NCBI GenBank assembly: GCA_034722055.1 | Contig: JAYENL010000121.1 | Location: forward strand, 1 to 10,239 | Origin: Armatimonadota bacterium | GTDB taxonomy: Bacteria; Armatimonadota; Zipacnadia; Zipacnadales; UBA5352 | Length of the DNA: 10,239 bases | Direction of reading: 5' to 3' | Part shown: one piece after another, positions 1 through 3,878 of the stretch | Numbering within the stretch: position 1 is the stretch's first letter | Layout of the letters: each line of letters opens with the position of its first letter | The notes under the pieces: model-generated | What the model was told of the DNA's origin: nothing | Database searches by the model: none | Seen by the model: only the letters and a program-made list of their open reading frames with translations | Position numbers and translations under genes: made by a program

Positions 1-459
1 CCCGGGATTGTTGTAGACGAAGCAGTCCTCGATGACGCACTGGCTCCGGCAGAGGATCCCGTAGTCGCTCTTGCCCAGGTCCTGGAACTGCGGCCAGTGC
101 GCGTACTTGTTGCCGTCGATCACGCAGTCGGAGATGCGGCAGCGATGGCCCAGCCTGAACAGCGCCCCCTCGCTGGGCAGGCGCCGCACCAGGGAGTTGG
201 GCCCAAAGACCAGCACGCCCCCGTCCCGCACCTCCAGCGGCGCACGCAGAGCGTAGACGCGCGGGCTCTCGGGGTCGTTGCTGCCCGGGAAGTACAGGGC
301 CGAGCGCTCCGCCAGGGCCGTTTGCACCTGCTCGGTGAGGTCGATGGAGCCATCGGTCGGGGCGCCTTCCGGGAGGTACTCGTCGATGCCGGTCATCTGC
401 GCGCCGGCGGGGATGACCAGGAGCACTGCAAGTGCGGCCGCCGCGAGCGTGATCCGCAT
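1..459 (-). CDS. Secreted right-handed parallel beta-helix (pectin lyase-like) protein, partial (runs off the left edge)
   Basis: Manual translation from ATG at 457-459 is open to base 1: MRITLAAAALAVLLVIPAGA-QMTGIDEYLPEGAPTDGSIDLTEQVQTALAERSALYFPG...CRISDCVIDGNK...YGILCRSQCVIEDCFVYNNPG. It has a Sec signal peptide (AGA|Q), an N-terminal DG..D.T..Q.AL....LYFPG cap typical of pectin-lyase-fold proteins, and beta-helix coils (I.DC.IDGN, IEDC.V.NN). GGAGG SD at 468-472, 8 nt upstream. Missing from the ORF track because there is no stop in the window. Confidence 0.85.
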   Translation of the reverse strand, partial: MRITLAAAALAVLLVIPAGAQMTGIDEYLPEGAPTDGSIDLTEQVQTALAERSALYFPGSNDPESPRVYALRAPLEVRDGGVLVFGPNSLVRRLPSEGALFRLGHRCRISDCVIDGNKYAHWPQFQDLGKSDYGILCRSQCVIEDCFVYNNPG

Positions 460-596
460 CGGGTGACCCTCCACAGAGCTGGTAGATTCTGCAAGGGCTG
501 TTTCGACGCCGGCTCGATGGAGCCCTTCGGCGGGCGGCCAACGTGCCGATAGGCATCAGCGCCGTGCAAGGTTCGCAAGGTCCCGTACGCGCAACA

Positions 597-621
597 GCGG
601 GCCGGCTGACTGCCAGCCCGC
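597..621 (-). terminator. GC-rich stem-loop, possible intrinsic terminator downstream of the thioredoxin gene
   Basis: Minus strand GCGGGCTGGC-AGTCA-GCCGGCCCGC: 10-bp stem with one G-U pair, about 23 nt after the TAG, followed only by a weak U-tract (TGTTG). Confidence 0.4.
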
Positions 622-644
622 GTCGTCCGTCGGGGCGCGCTGGA

Positions 645-1304
645 CTACTCCAGCGCACGATCGAGCATCTCCTCCAGCGCCTGCTGGCTCTGAAGGCCGA
701 CCGCCGTGTCCACCACCTCGCCTCCCCTGATTACGAACAGGGCGGGGATTCCTCGGACCGAGTACTCCCGCGCCAGGTCGGGGCTCTCATCCACGTCCAC
801 CTGCGCCACCTTCGCGCGCCCTGCGTAGTCCTTCGCCACCTTCTCCAGCCTCGGGTGCAGCGCTTTGCACGGCATGCACCAGTCCGCATAGAAGTCCACC
901 AGCACGGGCACGTCGGACGTGAGCACCTCTTCCTCGAAGGTGGAGGTTGTGACCATCACGGGCTCACCGCTGGCCTCAGTCTGCCCCTCGGTCTCCTCGG
1001 TGGTCGGCTCTGCGCCCTCACTGGTCGCCTCCGGGTACTGCTCGGTGCTCGTCTCAGGCTGATCCCCGGGCTCTGCGCTCTCCGTGGCCTTTGTCCGCTC
1101 AGCCGGCTGAGTGTCGGCCGTGCCGGCCCCTTCTGTCCCGGCCGTCTCAGAGGGGTCCGCCGGCTCACTCTCCAGTAGCTGAAACTCGGCGTCCTGCTGC
1201 TGTTTCGCGCACCCAGTGACGAACAGCACAGCAAGCGCCACCACGCTCAGCAGTGCAAACCACCACGAGAAGCGTACTGCCCTCGCGAGCACTCGTGTTC
1301 TCAT
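645..1304 (-). CDS. Lipoprotein thioredoxin (lipoprotein signal, acidic low-complexity linker, TrxA-type domain with WCMPC), 219 aa
   Basis: The C-terminal domain FEEEVLTSDVPVLVDFYADWCMPCKALHPRLEKVA...VDVDESPDLAREYSVRGIPALFV...GEVVDTAVG is a classical thioredoxin. The N-terminus has an Arg-rich n-region, a hydrophobic h-region and the lipobox FVTG-C32. Start chosen at ATG 1302-1304 because GAGGAG lies at 1315-1320; the ORF track start at 1364 is probably too long. Confidence 0.92.
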   Translation of the reverse strand: MRTRVLARAVRFSWWFALLSVVALAVLFVTGCAKQQQDAEFQLLESEPADPSETAGTEGAGTADTQPAERTKATESAEPGDQPETSTEQYPEATSEGAEPTTEETEGQTEASGEPVMVTTSTFEEEVLTSDVPVLVDFYADWCMPCKALHPRLEKVAKDYAGRAKVAQVDVDESPDLAREYSVRGIPALFVIRGGEVVDTAVGLQSQQALEEMLDRALE

Positions 1305-1501
1305 TGTGAGGCCGCTCCTCGCCTCTTTTCTGTGACCTGTCTCGTTACCAGTCCTTTCGTGCATGAGCCCAGGCCGATGATGGGACGCTGAACGTAGGAT
1401 ACCAGCGTCCCGGCCCGGGCCCCGTCCGACACAGACCTTCCCCGCCGTCAGCTTACACCTGTGAAGACACTCCCCGAAAGCCGTGCGCTGCGCTCAGTGG
1501 T

Positions 1502-1750
1502 TCACTTGAGGCCCAAGAGGCGGTCGATCTTCGGCTTGTCGAACCCTACCACTGTCTTGTTGCCAACCAGCAATACTGGTACGCCGCGAATGTGGCGGCG
1601 CTTGAGCTCCCTTTGCGCCCTCCGGTCTTTCGACGCGTCTACCTCCTTGAACCGTATGCGATTCTGCCGCAGGTACTGTTTGACCTGAGTGCACCAGGGG
1701 CAGGCGGCCCCGGTGAAAAGCACCACTCTCGGCTGACGTGAACGCTTCAT
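1502..1750 (-). CDS. Glutaredoxin-like protein (NrdH/YruB-like, CPWC), 82 aa
   Basis: VVLFTGAACPWCTQVKQYL...FKEVDASKD...RGVPVLLVGNKTVVGFDKPKIDRLLG matches the glutaredoxin-like pattern (CPxC, VP cis-Pro loop, VGFD). Start at ATG 1748-1750. GGAGGT at 1766-1771 is 15 nt upstream, which is long, so the exact start is slightly uncertain. Confidence 0.92.
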   Translation of the reverse strand: MKRSRQPRVVLFTGAACPWCTQVKQYLRQNRIRFKEVDASKDRRAQRELKRRHIRGVPVLLVGNKTVVGFDKPKIDRLLGLK

Positions 1751-1843
1751 CTGTGCTGACCAGATACCTCCCGAACAGTGTGCTTGCGGCACGACCGCCG
1801 TGCGCGTCTCCGTCGCGCCTCTCCTGAGCTCACTACCGCTCTC

Positions 1844-1859
1844 ATGCGAGTATTCGCAT
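1844..1859. promoter_or_regulatory. Near-perfect 16-bp palindrome, putative repressor operator overlapping the predicted transcription start
   Basis: ATGCGAGTATTCGCAT (reverse complement ATGCGAATACTCGCAT; one mismatched pair), AT-rich against the background, directly downstream of the -10 box. Confidence 0.65.
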
Positions 1860-1861
1860 AT

Positions 1862-1890
1862 ATGATAACCAACCGGCTCAGCACTGTAAA
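1862..1890 (-). promoter_or_regulatory. Sigma70-type promoter for the glutaredoxin (and possibly thioredoxin) gene
   Basis: Minus strand TTTACA (1890-1885), exactly 17 nt spacer, TATCAT (1867-1862). Each box is 5/6 to TTGACA/TATAAT, in an intergenic region about 110 nt upstream of the ATG. Confidence 0.8.
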
Positions 1891-2021
1891 GCCCCTCGAC
1901 GGGAAACGGCCCGCGGGGCTCCAGAACGAGGCTGCGAAGGCCCTTTCGTCAGCTCCCGGGGCGCGCCGAGGCAATGCCGAGGGCCTGCGCTCGGCGCAGC
2001 TCTGAGTCATCGTGGCAACAG

Positions 2022-3032
2022 TCAGGGAGCAGGACCAGCCTCGGGCGGAGGGGGTGCGTCCGCAGCCTCGGGGCCGTCGGACTCCTGATCCACGCTCTCC
2101 ACTGACTGCGCCTCGCCCGTCGAAGGCTGCTGGCCGGCGGCCGACCGATCCGCCGCTGCGCCGTTGCCCAGGCGCGAGGTGATGAAGTGCCCATCGGGGC
2201 GCTGGCCGAAGCCAGTCATAAGAACCCCGCCCAGGCCGAATACCAGCACTGCCAGGCCGGCAAGCACCGGTATCAGGGCGAGCGGGCCGAGGAATATCAG
2301 GCCATTGAGGACCTGGAGTGCGAGACTCCCGACCACCGCCAGGCCGACGATTGAGCCGATCGACCAGCCGCCCCTGCGCGTCAGCCACCGGCCGATGACC
2401 AGGTCCACCGCCACGCCGCCGAGTACCGCCGCCGCCAGGAGAACGAGCAGCAGCAGGGGGACGGCGAGTGCCCCAATCCCGGTGATTATCAGCAGCAGGC
2501 AGAGGGGCAGTAGCAGCACCAGGACCACCAATCCGTGACCGGCGGCAAAGCCCGGCTGCTGAATGATGCTGTCGGCAACAGTGCGGGTGGCCTTCGGGGA
2601 GATCGCACCCACCAGCACGACCACGGTCAGGGACAAGACCGTGCCTATCACCCAGACTGCATGGGCTCCTCCATCGCCCGCATGAGGCCGGGACATGCGC
2701 CACGGTCCCACGCCCCCTCCCAGGCCGACGACCTGTCCCGAATGCTCTGCCTCGGGGTGCTTCGTCACCGGCGCCCCGAAGGTCGCGATGTCGCCGACGA
2801 CCCGACTTCCGGACTTCAGTGACACCGCGCCACCAAAAGACGCAATGTCTCCGTGCACCGTCCCATGCACCGTCACCGGACCGCCGAAGGACCCGATATC
2901 GCCTCGGAGGGTCCCCCGTACTGTCACAGGTCCGCCAAAAGACGAGATGCTGCCGACCCGCGTCTCCCCCTCCGGCCCCAGCTCTCCGTCGAGGTACTCG
3001 TCGATCAGCCGCCCCGCCCGCTCGCGGTCCAT
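2022..3032 (-). CDS. Anti-sigma-like membrane protein: truncated zf-HC2-like N-terminus, bactofilin/polymer-forming-like beta-helix repeats, multi-TM domain, acidic disordered tail
   Basis: MDRERAGRLIDEYLDGELGPE resembles the zf-HC2 first helix (MxCxxxxxLLxxYLDGEL). It is followed by GD(I)xSFGGxVxVxG repeats and long hydrophobic segments (about aa 127-272, roughly 5-6 TM helices). The ATG overlaps the sigma factor stop (TGATG at 3030-3034) with a GGAGGAG SD upstream. Confidence 0.85.
   Translation of the reverse strand: MDRERAGRLIDEYLDGELGPEGETRVGSISSFGGPVTVRGTLRGDIGSFGGPVTVHGTVHGDIASFGGAVSLKSGSRVVGDIATFGAPVTKHPEAEHSGQVVGLGGGVGPWRMSRPHAGDGGAHAVWVIGTVLSLTVVVLVGAISPKATRTVADSIIQQPGFAAGHGLVVLVLLLPLCLLLIITGIGALAVPLLLLVLLAAAVLGGVAVDLVIGRWLTRRGGWSIGSIVGLAVVGSLALQVLNGLIFLGPLALIPVLAGLAVLVFGLGGVLMTGFGQRPDGHFITSRLGNGAAADRSAAGQQPSTGEAQSVESVDQESDGPEAADAPPPPEAGPAP
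2712..2954 (-). repeat. Coding tandem repeat, 4-5 units of 17-19 aa (bactofilin-like beta-helix rungs)
   Basis: GSISSFGGPVTVRGTLR / GDIGSFGGPVTVHGTVH / GDIASFGGAVSLKSGSRVV / GDIATFGAPVTKHPEAEHS / GQVVGLGGGV; 51-57 nt period visible in the DNA. Confidence 0.85.
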
Positions 3033-3577
3033 CAGCTCTCCTCCCTGCCCTCCAGCGCCTCGGCCAGCTTGCGCCGCGCGCGATGGGCGTGCGACTTCAG
3101 CGTCCCCACCGGCATCCCGGTCGCCTCGGCGATCTCCGGATACGTCAGACCGTGCACGTGCTTGAGCAGGACCACCGCCCGCTCCGTCTCGCTCAGGTGC
3201 GCCGGCGCGCGCATGACCTCGCCCTCGGCCTGCGGCATCTCGTCAGGCCCCGGGCCCGGGGCCGGGATGGACGCCAGCGTGGCCTCCGACCGGCGCGGGT
3301 TCGCCCGCCCGCGCCTGCGTAGCGCGTCTGTGCAGACGTTGGCCGCGATGGCGAGCAGGCAGGGCCGGAAGCGTCGCGAGGGATCAAAGCTCTCCAGTCC
3401 CGTCCAGGCGCGCAGGAGGGTGTCCTGTGCCGCGTCCAGCGCCCCGTCAGGGTCGCCGAGCATGCGGCGGGCGAAGCTGTAGATACCGTCGCGGTGCCGG
3501 GATGCGGGGGCCCCGAGGGCGTCGCGATCTCCGCCGAGCGCGCGCTGCAGCAGAATGTCGTCTCGCGGCTCGCGCAC
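3032..3577 (-). CDS. ECF (sigma-70 group 4) RNA polymerase sigma factor, divergent or possibly degenerate
   Basis: Region 2: IYSFARRMLGDPDGALDAAQDTLLRAWTGLESFDPSRRFRPCLLAIAANVCTDALRRR. Region 4: LSETERAVVLLKHVHGLTYPEIAEATGMPVGTLKSHAHRARRKL. GTG start at 3575-3577 with GGAGGT 5 nt upstream. Confidence 0.93.
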   Translation of the reverse strand: MREPRDDILLQRALGGDRDALGAPASRHRDGIYSFARRMLGDPDGALDAAQDTLLRAWTGLESFDPSRRFRPCLLAIAANVCTDALRRRGRANPRRSEATLASIPAPGPGPDEMPQAEGEVMRAPAHLSETERAVVLLKHVHGLTYPEIAEATGMPVGTLKSHAHRARRKLAEALEGREES

Positions 3578-3605
3578 CGTGCACCTCCGCCGCTCTGTTA
3601 CTTCA

Positions 3606-3632
3606 TACGAATGGGCGCTGAGAGCGGTTGCG
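3606..3632 (-). promoter_or_regulatory. Putative autoregulatory ECF-type promoter
   Basis: Minus strand CGCAAC (3632-3627), 17 nt spacer, CGTA (3609-3606), about 28 nt upstream of the sigma start. Fits the general ECF AAC-N16/17-CGT pattern. Confidence 0.6.
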
Positions 3633-3878
3633 CCAGCCGGTGCCTCTTGCTCTCGCCCGCGGTGGTGCTGACCACTCGGGGCAGGGAAGCATCGCTATGC
3701 GCGGCCCGCGGCGCCGGGGTGCGTCCCTGGATGTCGGCTGCGGCCGGGCGCGCGCCCGCGACCGAGGGAAGTACCGATCGGGACAGGGCAAGGGCGTACG
3801 CCCCCACCTCCGAACCGCACGTGCGCTGCTAACGCACGCGGCTCGCAGGCAGTTGCCCCGGAGTGGGGGAAGAAGAGG

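Noticed and set aside
562..583. Short direct repeat GCAAGGT-TC-GCAAGGT upstream of the beta-helix gene
   Set aside because: Only two 7-bp copies and no associated promoter identified; cannot be separated from chance.
71..1178. Plus-strand ORFs 71-256, 97-552, 278-466 and 543-1178
   Set aside because: Antisense shadows of the beta-helix and thioredoxin genes in high-GC DNA; no recognisable motifs.
1305..1364. Longer thioredoxin start at 1364 given by the ORF track
   Set aside because: It adds 20 polar residues ahead of the signal peptide, whereas ATG 1304 has a GAGGAG SD and gives a normal lipoprotein signal.
1450..1504. Selenocysteine read-through of the glutaredoxin TGA, or Sec in either redox motif
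   Set aside because: Both active sites are CxxC with ordinary Cys codons. The TGA falls at the natural C-terminus (LLGLK) and an in-frame TAA follows shortly.
1980..2005. Hairpin CTGCGC-TCG-GCGCAG after the anti-sigma stop as a terminator
   Set aside because: Short stem, 3-nt loop and no U-tract; insufficient support.
1747..2703. 318-aa minus-strand ORF overlapping the anti-sigma gene
   Set aside because: Arg/Pro/Gly-rich alternative frame that crosses the promoter region and has no domain signal.
2712..2954. Periodic DNA repeats as a CRISPR array or DGR template/variable repeat
   Set aside because: The repeats are degenerate, in frame and vary at synonymous positions, so they are protein repeats. 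No cas or reverse transcriptase gene is in the window.
3598..3807. 69-aa minus-strand ORF (and overlapping small ORFs) in the intergenic region
   Set aside because: The GTG start overlaps its own SD-like GGAGGT, the product is low-complexity with no motif, and it runs over the predicted ECF promoter.
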